Positions 1-14,699 of a stretch of DNA of 64,000 bases are shown here, one piece after another (position 1 is the stretch's first letter; the number at the start of each line of letters is the position of its first letter). The position numbers and the translations under genes were made by a program. A model generated the notes under the pieces. That model was not told the origin of the DNA. It made no database searches and saw only the letters and a list, made by a program, of their open reading frames with translations. This DNA is from Octopus vulgaris. Lineage: Eukaryota. The stretch spans positions 37,820,001 through 37,884,000 of the forward strand of contig OX597832.1 in the NCBI GenBank assembly GCA_951406725.2, given 5' to 3'.

Positions 1-978
1 AATATTCCATCAGCATAAAATTTGACTGGTTTCGAAGAAAAAAATAGTTATTTAGATGGTTTTTGACTCCGTCTAAATCGTTAAATGTTTTCCTTGCAAT
101 GAGTTCTGTAGAGACAAAAACAAGTGGTAGTTGGATGGCGCAATATCAGGAGAATATGGTGGATGGGGTAAGAGATCCCAGTCAAGTTCATGTAACTTTG
201 TTCCAGTAGCCAAAGAGACATGTAGTCGGGTATCGTCTCGTTGGAACTCTACCCCTCTCCTGTTGGCAATTTCCGGCTTCAATTCTTTGATTTTTTGGTT
301 CAGATAATCCTTCTAGCAACAGTGCACATCAGAATTAATGATCTGGTTTTATCTGAGAAGCTCATAATAAATACTGCTTTTATGATCGAACCAAACACAA
401 AACATAGTTTTTTGGCTTGGATATTCACCTTTGATCACTGTTTTGGGGATCCTAACGTAAACTCCAGGATCTTTTTCACGCTACGTTTTCGTACACAATC
501 CATTTTTTATCTCCATTCACAAGTTGTTTAAAAAAAGGCATGCTTCCATTCCGTTTTAAAAGCATATCACAAACGGAATACAGGTCCAAGCAATTCTTTT
601 CTAGGAGTTGGGGAAGGACCCATACATTATAGCGAGAAATATATCCTAAAATATATCCTAGCTTCACTAGTTATTCATGCGCCGTACTTTTAGAAACTTC
701 GAACACCTCTGCAAGTTCTCTAGTCGTGATATTTGTGTTTTCTTCGATTTTTGCCTTCAAAACATTTTCATCCACTTTTGAAGGGCTACCATTGCGACAG
801 TCATCTTCCAAGCTAAACTCTCCAGCTTCAAATTTAGTGAACCACCTTCGAACAGTTCATTCACCGACAGCATCGTCACCATAAACTTCACATATGTTTT
901 CGCAAGTCTTTGAAGAACTTCCTCCTTTTTAAAAAAGAAAAGCATTACAACGAGAATATGAAATCTTTGGTTATCCAT
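1..978 (-). pseudogene. Mariner DD34D transposase pseudogene with frameshifts and stops
   Basis: ATG at 978 (MDNQRFHILVVMLFFFKK). Fragments in different frames carry VWVLPQL (~WVPHEL), NGDKKWIVYEN (~TGDEKW), FQRDDTRLH (~LHDNARPH), HPPYSPDIAPSNYHLFLSLQNSL (~YSPDLAPSDYHLF) and FSSKPVKFYADGI at the window edge. Confidence 0.9.
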
Positions 979-1160
979 ATCAAATGTCAATACGGGGTAC
1001 CCGGAATGAAAGATGAATCTATTTTTAGTCAGGACCAAAGAAGAGATGCATTACAACTTCAAGCAACGCCAGAGTTTTAACTGTGTTATGTTTCAGGTGT
1101 GTTCAATGAAGCGTTAAAAGGTTTAGCTTATAAACGCTCAGAACTTTCCGGACAACCTAA
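1..1160 (-). mobile_element. Mariner DNA transposon, degenerate, running off the left edge of the window
   Basis: Reverse complement of 1141-1162 reads TA-TTAGGTTGTCCGGAAAGTTC, a mariner-type TIR (cf. TTAGGTTGG of Hsmar1-like elements) with the TA target site at 1161-1162; transposase relics lie inside. Confidence 0.9.
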
Positions 1161-1224
1161 TATTATATTTGAGATTAATTATGCATATATGAGTGCGTTT
1201 GTAACTGCTTATATCTATATATAG

Positions 1225-1270
<46 letters not shown>

Positions 1271-1271
1271 C

Positions 1272-1430
1272 GAGGGCTTCCCACAGACTCCGTCTACCAA
1301 ATTCACTCACAAGGTATTGGTTAGCTCTAAAGAATAGCGCAAGACACTGGTATAAGGTGCCGTGCAATGATGGGACTGAACCCAAAACCACGTGCTTGCA
1401 AAGCGTGATCCGTAACCACACAGCCATGCT
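1272..1430 (-). mobile_element. SINE family B copy (tRNA head plus CORE-like segment), degenerate
   Basis: Reverse complement of the 22640 copy: ccgtctaccaaattcactcacaagg...gggactgaaccc...accacacagcca. Confidence 0.75.
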
Positions 1431-2067
1431 TATGTTTCTCATCCCTTATAAGAATTAGCAATAATGATTAAATTTCAGCTAAGCCAATTATGATTTCTAT
1501 TGTTGTTGTTATTATTAGGGTAGAGAAGTCGGCGGATCGTTAGATTCGGCAGTGAGGCGAACAAAACGCTTTGTGCTAATTACTTCCGCCGTTTTACATT
1601 CTGAGCTCAATTTCCGACGTGGACAACTTTGCATTTCATCGTTAAGGAGGATCGATAAAATGAATGTCAGTTAATTATTGGGATCGATACAAAAGACTAT
1701 TCCCTTCCTGCACAAAGGCTATGGCTGTGTGCCTCTACTGGAAAGAGCAACAACGGCATTGGTGTTCTGGTCGGAAGACCTTTTCATTCTTCATTGATTA
1801 TTCGCTGTTTTGCTACCATGATCGAGTTAACTTATAATCGAAGGGTTTCCATGCATGACCATCTCTCCTTTTATTAGACATATATAAATACATTATATGT
1901 TTTACATATATATACATATACACGTCTGTATTAATGTACTCGACTCCCCTTGCGATCGCAGAGTGATTTAAAAGGAATATAGTTGCTATTTCTAGCATAT
2001 CGAGCGACTTCATGGTGATCTTGTGGTTCCGTATTTTGTCGTCGCTTAGCATCTGTTCTCATTTATA

Positions 2068-2104
<37 letters not shown>

Positions 2105-2178
2105 GCGTGTTCATTAGTGTATGTATGTGTGTATATGTATATGTACACACATATATATACATATATATGTACATATGT

Positions 2179-2261
<83 letters not shown>

Positions 2262-2859
2262 GGCAGGTAATTGACCATAACGCAGCCTCTTGGATGGGTT
2301 GCTTCTACTCTAGCTTTAGATTGGCGATTCCTTTGTAAGTGGAATTGAGGGACCTGAACTGTGCGGAAGCTCCTTATTTATGAGTATATGTGTGTATAAG
2401 TGCCTATATGCATATGCAAGTATGTGTGTGCGTGTGTGTCTGATTTTTAAAAAACCGGTTTACTCCATATTAATTACTGTTACATTTCCCCATAACTTTA
2501 TAATTTGGTGTGTACGGCTAGAAGTACAGTACTTGATTCAAATAAGTACCGGCGTCCGTATGATTAATGAAATCTTTGAAGGTGGTGCAACATCGTGACT
2601 GCAGTGAAGGTATTAGAAGTAGGTTTTGTATTATTTCCCTGGACATGAATAAACGCTCCTCGTGGTGGCGTATGGAGTATAAATACAAAGAGTATCCTGA
2701 TAAGCATGTAATAAAAGGATAGCAAGGCAGATGTTACTTGTATATACGATGGCAATGTCATAAATTAGAGGCACGGGTAGGGGAGACGAGTTAGGGTGTC
2801 ATCAACCGCAAATATTTTGTAATTACGAAGATTTACGACATTAGGAAGTTAATATTGAT

Positions 2860-3300
2860 TTCAAATTTTGCCATAAGGCCAGCAATTTCTGGAGAGGGTG
2901 GAAGTCGACTACACCCCTACCAGTGTTCAAGTGGTACGTATTTCGGCAATCCCAAAAGGATGAAAGGCAAAATAGGTCGCGGCGGAATTTGAACACAAAA
3001 CGTGCTGACGGACGAAGTGCCGCTAAGCATTTTACCCGGCGTGCTAACGATTCCGTCAGCTCCCCGGCATTTTGTTTTTTAAGGAGTTGATATCTAAAAG
3101 CAAAATGGAGGCGAGCTGGTAGACTCATTAGTACGTCGGGCAGAATGCTTAGCACGTTCTGAGTTCAAATTCCTCTGAGATCATCTTTTCTTTTCATCCA
3201 TTTTGGGTCGATAAAATGAGTACCAGTTGAGCACTGGGATCGATGGAATCGAATTACCTCTTCCCCCAAATCGCTGCCCTTGTGCCAAATTTTGAAATCA
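2860..3300. mobile_element. Head-to-head pair of SINE family A copies (minus ~2860-3065, plus ~3108-3300)
   Basis: Family A motifs ggcgagctgg...ttctgagttcaaattcc...tttcatcc..ggtcgataaaatgagtaccag on both strands. Confidence 0.8.
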
Positions 3301-3410
3301 ATGTTAAATAGCAAAATTCCGAACGAGGCTATTATACTATCACAATCGTACACACACATTTATGCGTGTTTATATATTTGTGTGTATGTGCGTGCGTGTG
3401 TAAATATGTG

Positions 3411-3453
<43 letters not shown>

Positions 3454-3652
3454 GTGCCTGATATGTTTCAATGTACGAATGTTTTCTGTGCAGCTTATAC
3501 ATACGTACATAGACGCACACATATACACTCACATACAGAGACAAACGTACAGACTCAGATGCACACACGCATCCCCCTCCTCACACACACACCCACATCC
3601 ACCCACCCACACATACATTCACAAACACATACACACATATCTCTATATATGG

Positions 3653-3703
<51 letters not shown>

Positions 3704-5518
3704 GCATATGTATATATATTTGTGTGTGTTTTCCATAAAAAAAATCGAAGTAAAATATTTTTCAAAAAAAAACTATTGATATTGTTTTCTTTAATGTGAA
3801 AATGTCAGTTTAATGTGAAAATGTCAATTACGAAGCTGATAGTAAAGAAAAAGAAAAAAACAAGTTAAGAAAATATTCGGGGAGAACGTGAAAGTTGAAG
3901 AAATAATATTCGAAGAGAATGTGAATGAAAAGATGCTGATTGGTTTAAAAAACGGACGGAAAGATAAGAAAGGAAGAACGAAGATAAAATACAGACGAGT
4001 AATGGATAATTTAAATAAGGAACGAAATAAAAGAGAAAAAATGGGAAAAAAAAAAACTAAAGAAAGAGAAATGCAAAGCGAACGTCGAAGATTTGAAACA
4101 GAAGAATTTGTTTATTATTGGAATCAAGCGTGCGTGTTTGTGTGTGTGTGCGCATGGATATCTATGCATGTGTGTGTATATGCTTTTTGTATGTATGTGT
4201 ACTTGAATATAAATATGCGTGTGCGTGTGGTGGTTTGTATATATATATATATATATATATATAAGAAGATGGGATGTATGTATGTATGTATGTATGTATG
4301 TATGTATGTATGTGTATGTGTGTCTATATATATGCATGCATACATTACATACATAAAATATATACACACATACATATATTACATATATACACACGTATAT
4401 ATGTATGGCTATGTACATATATGCGTTTGTGTGTATATACACACCCACACATAGATATATATATACATACACATATATATATACACACCCACACATAGAT
4501 ATATATATATATACATATACATATATATATATACACATACATACATATATATATATGCATTGAATGTATGTTATTATCTTCCTTAAGTTCTCATGGCTTC
4601 TTTTGCTATCTCTACATCCATCAATTTAACTACTCATCTTTCTGTCTGTCTATCTATCTATCTGTCTGTCTGTCTGTCTTTTTGCCTGTTTGTCTGTCTG
4701 TCCGCCTGCCTGTCTCTCCAATCCTCTGTTCTTCTATCCAACCCTCAATCCATCAGCCTGCAGAAATGAAGAAATGTCACAATATAACTGAACTGTTCAA
4801 AGTAGGAAAGAGTTCCTGCTTTGGTTTTTATATGGTAGTATCCTGTGATATAATGCCAATAGGGAGATTATTAATGAAAACCAATATACATACGTATACA
4901 CACACACAAACACACACATACGTATTATACATATACATACATACATACATACATACATACATACATACATACATACATACATAAACACACACACACACAC
5001 ACAAACATATATATTGTATAGTTTGCACACATACCTATAAATGTATGAATGCATTGTGAAGTAAAAATATTGTGAAATTACAAGAAAAAATTGTAAAACG
5101 TAATCATAAATTGTGAAATGAAGCACATAATGATTGTAAAATAGTAAAATACGAACATGAACTCTTTTGTTATACGCATAAAAGTTTGTGAAATATGGCT
5201 ATAAATGATTGTGAGATATAAATTTGAATTGTGAAATACAGAAGCTGAAATCTAATGGCGTTAATGAAAGCAAAATGAATAGAAACCATTTCTATAACAA
5301 AAAGCAACTTCTAGAAAAATTACAGAACAAAAATATCATGAAAAATAGATCTAAAGATCTGCGAAATAATGACTTAATATACTAAAATACAGGTAAGTGT
5401 AGGTATAGAAGTACACGCATTGAGAAATATATGCAAACATGTGTAGCTTGAAATTGTCAAACAAACAAATAAAATTCATTAAGAAATTAATGGTTTAGCT
5501 TCATTAATAATTATGATA

Positions 5519-5558
5519 ATACTACACGTTGATCTCAGCCAAAAGGCCCGGGAAGCGA
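5519..5558 (-). pseudogene. U2: U2 snRNA 5' fragment (about nt 2-39), pseudogene
   Basis: Minus strand TCGCTTCCCGGGCCTTTTGGCTGAGATCAACGTGTAGTAT aligns to the U2 5' end ATCGCTTCTCGGCCTTTTGGCTAAGATCAAGTGTAGTAT with a few substitutions and insertions; similarity stops just after the GTAGTA branch-point recognition sequence; no Sm site. Confidence 0.85.
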
Positions 5559-5698
5559 GTTTTGATGAATATTAAAATGGCGACGTTAACATGATTAGGA
5601 GTTAATTGCAACGACAGCGACATCAATGACAAAACTCTCTTCAGACTTTGTCCTTACAATGATGCACGTGTGTGGGCAATGTGGTTGTAAGTTTCTGA

Positions 5699-5794
<96 letters not shown>

Positions 5795-5932
5795 TATACA
5801 TACATATATATATACACATATATATTCACACACACACGCATATATATATATATACATATATACACACATACACACATATATATATATATATGCATACATA
5901 CGTACATACATATGCATATATGTATATGTACC

Positions 5933-5964
<32 letters not shown>

Positions 5965-6007
5965 TGTTATCTATTTATGTATGTATGTATGTATGTATGT
6001 ATGTATG

Positions 6008-6127
<120 letters not shown>

Positions 6128-6807
6128 GGTTTATGTAGAGAAGTGGGGCATGTTGTTTACATGCGAAACAGGGCGGGTACGTGGTTGTTTACTTTAGGGT
6201 GTGGTAGGGCTTTTCTTTATCGTTGCCAGTGACATCATATTAGAAAGATGAAAGGTTTCCAATTGGGTGAAAGTAGAGGATGGGTTAAGTGGGAGTAGGA
6301 TGAGGAATACAAACAGTTGGGGGAGAGAGAGTGAAAGAAACTGGGCGTGAAAAACATGTCCAAGTATGAAAATGTTTGGTATTCCGTGTATGCTTTGAAA
6401 GCATGTGATTATGGAGAGGGTGTTCGTTTGCTCGTCAAAGTTTGTTCAATGTATGAATGTATGTGAATATATATGTGTTTGTGTGGTTTGAATAATGCGT
6501 CTGAGCTTGTATATTTATGTATGCGCGTATTTACGATCGTTGCTGTCTGTGTCTGTGAAAATATTTGCCGCGGCAACATTCTGCTAAAAGTACCATATTT
6601 AAATCTTACATTTAATCCCATGAGTTTAAATCCCAGTCAAGTTGAATTTGTCAATGATAACACCACAGTCAATAAATCCTCACCTAAAATGAAATCAACC
6701 GTATGTCATAAATGGTTACCAGTATTATTATTATTATTATTAGGGCTGTTGATTTGTACAATGATAGGAGCGTTGAACGAAATAGCTTACGATATTTCTT
6801 CAGGTTA

Positions 6808-7015
6808 AGGCAGCGAGCTGGCAGAATCGTTAGCACGCTGGGCAAAATGCTTAGCGGCATCTCGTCCGTTTTCTCGTTCGAGTTCAAATTTCGCCGAGGA
6901 CTACTTTGTATTTAATCTCTTCGGGGTCGATGAAATAAGTACCAGTTGAACATTAAGGTCAATGTAATCATCTTATCCCTTTACCGAAATTGCTTGCCTT
7001 ATGCCAGAATTTGGA
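6808..7015 (+). mobile_element. SINE family A copy (tRNA-derived head, Deu/Nin-like central domain)
   Basis: aggcagcgagctggcagaatcgttagcacg...gagttcaaatt...cggggtcgatgaaataagtaccag. Confidence 0.85.
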
Positions 7016-7079
7016 ACAGATACTATTTCTTCAGGTTCTTTATAATCTCACTTCATATCTCGCCGAGATCAACTTTGCC

Positions 7080-7262
7080 CCACCTGCAAGGTCATGCGCT
7101 ATTTATCATATGAGATCACCATGTCGTGCACATGTGGTTGTGATGCATGTGCCTGGTGTACCCTTATCAGACAGATAGCAGACAGATAGTCATAATGGGT
7201 ATACTGGGCTTCGTATGTTTTACCCCAGTGTCACTTTGATGACATGCACTGCTCTCTCACTC

Positions 7263-7300
<38 letters not shown>
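7080..7300 (+). repeat. Interspersed repeat ending in (AAT)n, probably a non-LTR retrotransposon 3' end
   Basis: gtgcctggtgtacccttatcag...gggtatactgggcttcgta...gtgtcactttgatg...ctctctcactcaataataat recurs nearly identically at 35995-36115. Confidence 0.7.
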
Positions 7301-7301
<1 letters not shown>

Positions 7302-8395
7302 CTGATGCGGTCTCTATCAGTGGCACAATGAGGTTTGTAAGACTTTCCCAAAATTCTCCGTCCGAGATTCTTATGTGAATAGATGCACACACTTGGGTGT
7401 ATGTAGCTACTGTTCAACCGACACACCACCTCAATCACATATTTACAAACACCACAGACTTCTCTTCACTCAAAATGTCTTGTCGCTTTTTTAACGACCG
7501 GTTCGAACTCTCTCAAGAACTTAGATAAAACTTAAAGAAAATACCTACCTACCTACATACATACATACATACATACATACATACATACAACGACTAAATA
7601 TACTTATATGCCATCCAGTCATTATCTTCAGCATATCCAATGTTCCACGTTTAACGTTTTCTTTTAAGTCAGAGGAGAGTGGTATGAAAGACATTTAGCT
7701 ACTATTTCTAGTACTGTTAACGACGCTCATTGGATCATCGTTAACGATACTGTAGAGACAGATTGGTATATGGGTATCATAGCACACACACACACATACA
7801 TACATACATACATACATACACACACATGCATACTTACACGTACATACATGCACGCATGCATACATACATGCACGCATACATACATACATGCACACATACA
7901 TACTTACACGTAAATACATGCATGCATGCATACATACACACGCACACTCATACATACTAAATCTAACGGATATTTCTTAAAAGCCTCTATTGAGTTATGG
8001 CTTTCAGTGAAATTGGTAACGAATTCTTGAAGAATTTGTCTCTGATTGAGTCATTTATACTGCACCGCAACTACCAAACCATCACATCCACCACCAGTAC
8101 CAGCACCACGACTACCACCACCACCCTTTCCCACGCTACCCCTAATCAAGATTGTGGTTAAAGTAGTAGTTATAGTACTCGTAGTATTACTAAAGCAATG
8201 ATTATTGTAACTGGTCTGCGGTTATTCATGTTGTTGCACTTGCAACGCTTGAGCTAAGGGTTCTGTTGTTAGACTCCTTCCCTCCATGACCATCCAACAA
8301 ATTCCTTTTTCTCTCTTCTTTTCTTGTTTTAGCGGAGTCTAACCTAAACCATATCATTAGACAGAGGTCTGAGTATCATCTTGGTGTATCGTAGT

Positions 8396-8437
<42 letters not shown>

Positions 8438-9787
8438 AGTAGTAGTTGTTGTTATTGTTGTTGTTGATGCTGCTGATGAAGATGATGATGATGATGGTTG
8501 TGGTAGTGGTGGCGATAATGGTTGTGGAGGTGGTGGTTGTGGCGGTAGTAATGGTGGTGGAGATGTTAGCTGTGAATATCGATGGTGGTGAAAGCGAAGG
8601 CAATGGTAATGAAAGTGTTGCAGTTGATGACATGAAATGAGTCACCAATTAATGTTCCTAAAAACAATTAGACATCATCATCATCAACAACAACAACAAC
8701 GTCATCATCGTCGTCGTTATCCTCGTCGTTGTCGTTGTCATCGTTGTCATCACGCTCATCATGATCATTGATGTTACATTTAGAAATCACCAATCTTCCG
8801 GCCATGTTACTATCTCTCATCCCCTCTTCACCGTTTCCCCCACGCCCTCTTTCCTCACTCTCTCTCTCTTTCTCTCTCCTCTTTCCCATTCTTCCTCTTC
8901 CTCTCACTCTCACCCTCTCCTCTTTCTCACTCCTCTCTCTTTCTTTTCTCCACCCCTCCCTTGTTCTTCCCACCTCCCTCTAATCTTACCCCTCCTGCGA
9001 TACTTTACCTCCCCACCCCGTCTATTATTGATAGACAACTCCAATCTAAGACGACCACCCGCTACTCCTCGACTCTGAAACATTGACACAGATTTAAAGG
9101 TATTAAGGTCAGGGTGGGTCTGTGTATACGGCAGAGGATTGCCGTGTGTACATGTCTGTCTGTCAGTGCACGTATGTACATTATGTGCGTGTCTCTCTCT
9201 GCGCGTGTCTGCCTGAGTGTGAGTGCGGTGAAATGTTGTTATGAGGGAATTTCGTATGAGTATGTGTGATTGAATGTGTGTGTATGAGTATAAATGCATG
9301 AGTGTATTTGCGTGTGTGCTATGTGTTTGTATATATGTGTAACTGCGTTTATGTAGACGGCTTCAGAACTTGTATGAGTTTCTTTAGTCAATGTTTGTTT
9401 GTGTGTGAGTGCACGTGTGTATGCATGTGCAAATACGCTTTTGCAGTCAAAGGGTGCTTTTGTGTTTGTGTGTGTGTGTTTGGGGTGTTTTGAGCTGAAC
9501 GCATTTGCCCGTATACACATGCACTTGTATATGTACGTAATGCATGCAGGTACATGTGTGTGAGCGTGTTCTGTGTGTGTGTCCGTTAGGAGAAAAATTA
9601 CTGGATATAGTGCTAAAGAATAATGATTTATTTCAGCTGACCCATTGGAAAGAACATGGTGGATGATCTTGTTAATTCCGTCTGATGAACCAACAGGAGT
9701 TTGGGGAAACCCTGGCGAACCATTTAAATGGATCATCAGAAATAGATTATTTATATGTGTGTCTACGCGTGAGCATGGAAGTATATA

Positions 9788-9831
<44 letters not shown>

Positions 9832-11185
9832 TATATATATATGCGTGTGTGTGTGTATGTATGTAAGTAAGTATATATATATATATAGAGAGAGAGAGAA
9901 AGAGAGAATATGTACGTGTGAATGCTTATACAAGTGAATATATATTTATATGTGTGTGTGCGCGCACGCCTGTATGTATTAGTGTACATACGCTAACACG
10001 TGTATACAAAATAATGTGCACGTGCGGCTATATATATGAGTGCAGTATCACATAATATCTAGATACATTTTTTTAAATATATAATCATAAATACAAATGT
10101 TTCTGTACATTTACATACATACAGGCAAAAACAATATACAAATAAACTTCTACCCGAGTAGAAATACAAGGAAACGGAAAGAAGTTGAAAGCTCATTTGC
10201 AGTTTTTTAAAAAAATATTTTTCCATGTACATTAACTATCTTCATATTCTCATGATTTTCAAAATTAGTGTCATTCTAAATGTTCACTTAGTGGAATCTA
10301 TCTCTTATTTGGAATCAGTATTTGTTGCCTAAAAATATTGAGTCTGTTTCTCAAGTTGAGTATTTATGTAAGTTTCATTACACCTATTTCGTGTCATGGC
10401 ATAAATAATTATTTTCTGACAAACAACTACAGCGATTTTTTTTTTTTTTTTACTGTAGGTTTCATAATTAGAGCGACTAAATATCTTCACAACTGGTGTT
10501 GGGCTTTTTGTAAGTTATTTGGCTCTGGTATGAAAATTTTTAGGTTTTATTGAGTTTAACTTTTGTTTATTTTGGACATTTCGAGTGCATTTCTTTTAAC
10601 TTTTGGAACTAAACCCTCATAAATCGAAACTATGTCACATGATTGAAAATTATGGCAGAACAGAAACATATGAAAACTGAATTTATCCAAAAACGATTGT
10701 TCTTCCCGAGAAAATACAAATTAAACCTATCCATAATGAACTTGAATATGAAAGAAAAAAATGGCTACAGATAAATTCAAAATGAAAAAATGGCTTTGCA
10801 CGAATTCAAGCTGTCATGTGATCCAATACGCTCAATTATTTATACTGTCACATGACACTTTTTTCTGGACACAGACTGACAAAAGTTTTGGCACATTAAT
10901 AATTCATGCAGCTTTCATAGCCCTCTGACCTCGTAACCTGCTTAAACCAATCAAACTATAGCTCAACTTGCGTCGGGTTAAATCGTGATTTATGCAGAGA
11001 AAGCAAAAACTATTCAAAGTCCAGTCAGCGTCGAGGCAAATAGTCCATGTCTACCCATTTGATCCTCAGTTTGAAAGTCAAGAATATGGTAACCAGTAAT
11101 GTAAACGGGAATATTTCAAAGACTCCTGGTGCATTTTCTACAATTTTTGTCCTACACGCGTACAACACACTCACAGATATGCACG

Positions 11186-11270
<85 letters not shown>

Positions 11271-11949
11271 GTGTGTGTGTGTGTGTGTGTATGTATATAT
11301 ATATATGTATATATGTACACACAAACATACATGCTTATTGGCAATATATATACACATATGTGCGTCTATATATGTCTATATGTACATATACATAAACATA
11401 TTCATTTATACATATTTATATATACACACACATGTGTGCGTGTGTGCGTGTGTATACATACACACGTGTGTGTGTGTGTGATATAGCTATGTGTAAATGT
11501 AAGTTTATATGTAACTGAGTGTGAAATACTTGATTCTCGTTGGCACATTCTAAATTCCCTCCTGAGATAGAAATATTTCTGTGTATTTATTTATTTATTT
11601 ATTTCAGTTATTTCTGTGACAAAAAAGTGACAGTATTCATGCAGTGTGCAGAGAAATACAGTCATAGACAAGAAGCATATATGTATATACGTCCGTGTGT
11701 GCGTGCGTTTGTGTGCGTGTGTGTGTATACTTTAATTTGAAGCAACATGAACTTAAGTTAACAGTGACTGAGATAGCCACGACAATAGAAAATGAAAGAA
11801 AACAAAACAAATAGCACAAGAATTTGTTTGTTTTTTTGTTGCATTTGTTTTTACTTTCGTTGTAACGAGTGGCATTCTCAGTAATTTTTAATAATTCATA
11901 CATATATACATATGTATATGTTTATGTGTTACATATTTATATACATACG

Positions 11950-12054
<105 letters not shown>

Positions 12055-12094
12055 CATATATATATATATATATACAATATATATATATATATAT

Positions 12095-12142
<48 letters not shown>

Positions 12143-12362
12143 ATATATACATATATTTATATGTATATATATATAAATATACATGTGTGTGTGTGTATGT
12201 GTGTGTGTACACACACATATACATACAAAGATTCACACGTTTATAGATGACTTTGTTGGTTGCAAAACTGTCTCAAGGAGCGTGAGTTTGGTAAGAGACA
12301 ATGCAGAAGACTCTCGGCCAGTGAATCATTTATGTAAATTTCCATCAAAAAATAAAAGTACA

Positions 12363-12397
<35 letters not shown>

Positions 12398-12408
12398 TCA
12401 CACACACA

Positions 12409-12441
<33 letters not shown>

Positions 12442-12757
12442 GTACACATTTTATAAAAGTCATTTTGTCTGGTACTTTAAGTTTCACTCTGAGCACTCAT
12501 TCAACTAATGATATTTATATTATAACTTAAACCGGATTGGCTTCTAAAATTAGCAAAGATAAATGCATTCGTATGTGATATCCCATTTATAGGATTTTCA
12601 TTTCTCATGATATAGATTCATGTTTCTTGTGGAAACGTATATACAACTATACAATATTACACACACACAAACACACACAGAGCCACATACGTTTCTCTTT
12701 ATTGAGCCCTTTGTTAATCATTTACATAAACAAATATTAATTATGTTTAGTTTTATA

Positions 12758-12803
<46 letters not shown>

Positions 12804-12857
12804 ATATATACTTGGAAATGGAATGCGTCGCATTCAATAAAATAATAAATTATATTT

Positions 12858-12905
<48 letters not shown>

Positions 12906-12928
12906 GTGTGTGTATGCACACACACACA

Positions 12929-13227
12929 CATGCATATATGGGTACAGGACGTCACCGATGGTGCAAACAACATGAAATAAGTAAACAACGAGAAAAAATG
13001 GAAAAAAGGACAACTAAACACAAAGGACCCTTCATCAGTTGTCGGCTGTCTGTCTACTCCACTTTTCGAGTTGTCGCTGAATACACGAAATGAGGAGTAT
13101 ATAGACTGCCGACAACTGATGAAGGGTCCTTTCTCTGTGTTTGCTTGTCCTGTTTTCAATTTTTCGGTCGTTGTTTACGTATTTCATGTTAATTGCACCG
13201 TTGGTGATATCCTGTACATATATATGC

Positions 13228-13230
<3 letters not shown>
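12929..13230. mobile_element. Palindromic (foldback) element of about 300 bp next to (TA)n/(CA)n, with a CTGATGA box in each arm
   Basis: Left arm 12942-13068 and right arm 13086-13217 are reverse complements (e.g. ggacccttcatcagttgtcggc / gccgacaactgatgaagggtcc). Confidence 0.85.
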
Positions 13231-13282
<52 letters not shown>

Positions 13283-14197
13283 CAGTCACACTGACACATG
13301 AATATATAGATGAATGGGTTATGTTGGAGATATCTAATTCTGTATCTTTTATATGAACATATGGTCTATCCTCTTAATTAACTAGCGAACTACAAATCTA
13401 AGGTAGTGAGATGTATTGAAATAATTTACGAATAAAATGAATACGATTATTTCTCATACAAACTGCCCCTAATTCTAAAGAATGTGAGACATTGCGACCC
13501 TGAAAACATAACATTGAACTGAACAATGAATATCATAAAAACTTGGTGAATGTCTCAGAATTTTCTAGAATTGATAGCTTAGTATTAATCGCGATTCTTC
13601 AACGTATCTCTCTGATAATCTTCTTGCTTAATGGCAAAGATATGTTGAAGTAGCATCCACATTGATTATTTCGATAGCATCTAGGGATGAAAGTTTGAAA
13701 GATGTGTTGAAGACGTGTACATTGAGATAATTATCTCCTACATATATATATATATGTATGTATATTTATATACATCTGCCTTTAAGATATGGTAAACATG
13801 AATATTATACGAATGTCAAATATATTTCTTATCGTATATGAATATTAAAATATGTCATGCGCATGAACAACAATAGTCCAGGTTACGTTAACATACAGAA
13901 TGCAGGGAGTATGAAAGCACCCGCTTAGAAATTAATTTTTGCTAGAATAATGGGAGACAATTGCGGACATTGTTCAGTTCGAATCTGACCTCATCAGCCA
14001 TGTATGTTCTTTACATAGGATTTTGTCCTAATTAACACTTTTAATGCTCCCCGTGTTAATTATGTTGATACTAAACTTAACTTAAAATTACATATTTTAA
14101 CGTCGTTACACTTCAAATTGGAGATATTTGCGTATGACAAATGCTGTCAAGAAATCTACTCTGTAGGTACAGTTAATATGTATCTTTATAGATATTA

Positions 14198-14234
<37 letters not shown>

Positions 14235-14374
14235 CTAAAAGATTCCCGGCATATTATATAGTGAAACGCTCTTCCTGAGCACCAAGAATACATGCGACAC
14301 GATGTAGCCCTTACTATAATTTGTAACTAACTGTTATTATTTGCTCGTTTGATGGATTATACAGAGATGGAGAA

Positions 14375-14416
<42 letters not shown>

Positions 14417-14459
14417 AAGAAAGAGTGAGAGAGAGAGAGAGAAACATACAGACATATGA

Positions 14460-14600
14460 TTATGTGGTGTGGCTACGCGGCTCCGGGTTCAGTCCCACTT
14501 CGTGACACCTTGGGTAATTGTCTGCTACTAGAACCTCGCGTTGACCAAAACCTTGAGTAGATTTTGTAGACGGAAACTGAAAGAAGCCTGTCGTATGTGT
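14460..14600 (+). mobile_element. SINE family B copy
   Basis: ccgggttcagtcccact...accttgggtaa...ccttgagtagattttgtagacggaaactgaaagaagcc. Confidence 0.8.
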
Positions 14601-14610
14601 ATATATATGC

Positions 14611-14695
<85 letters not shown>

Positions 14696-14699
<4 letters not shown>

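Noticed and set aside
73-282. Mariner third catalytic Asp replaced by Asn (PSNYHLF), suggesting SETMAR-like domestication
   Set aside because: The transposase has multiple frameshifts and stops and retains its TIR; this is neutral decay
9678-9722. CTGATGA...GAAAC as a hammerhead
   Set aside because: A stem II is possible, but there is no U16.1/H17 site after stem III and no stem I pairing
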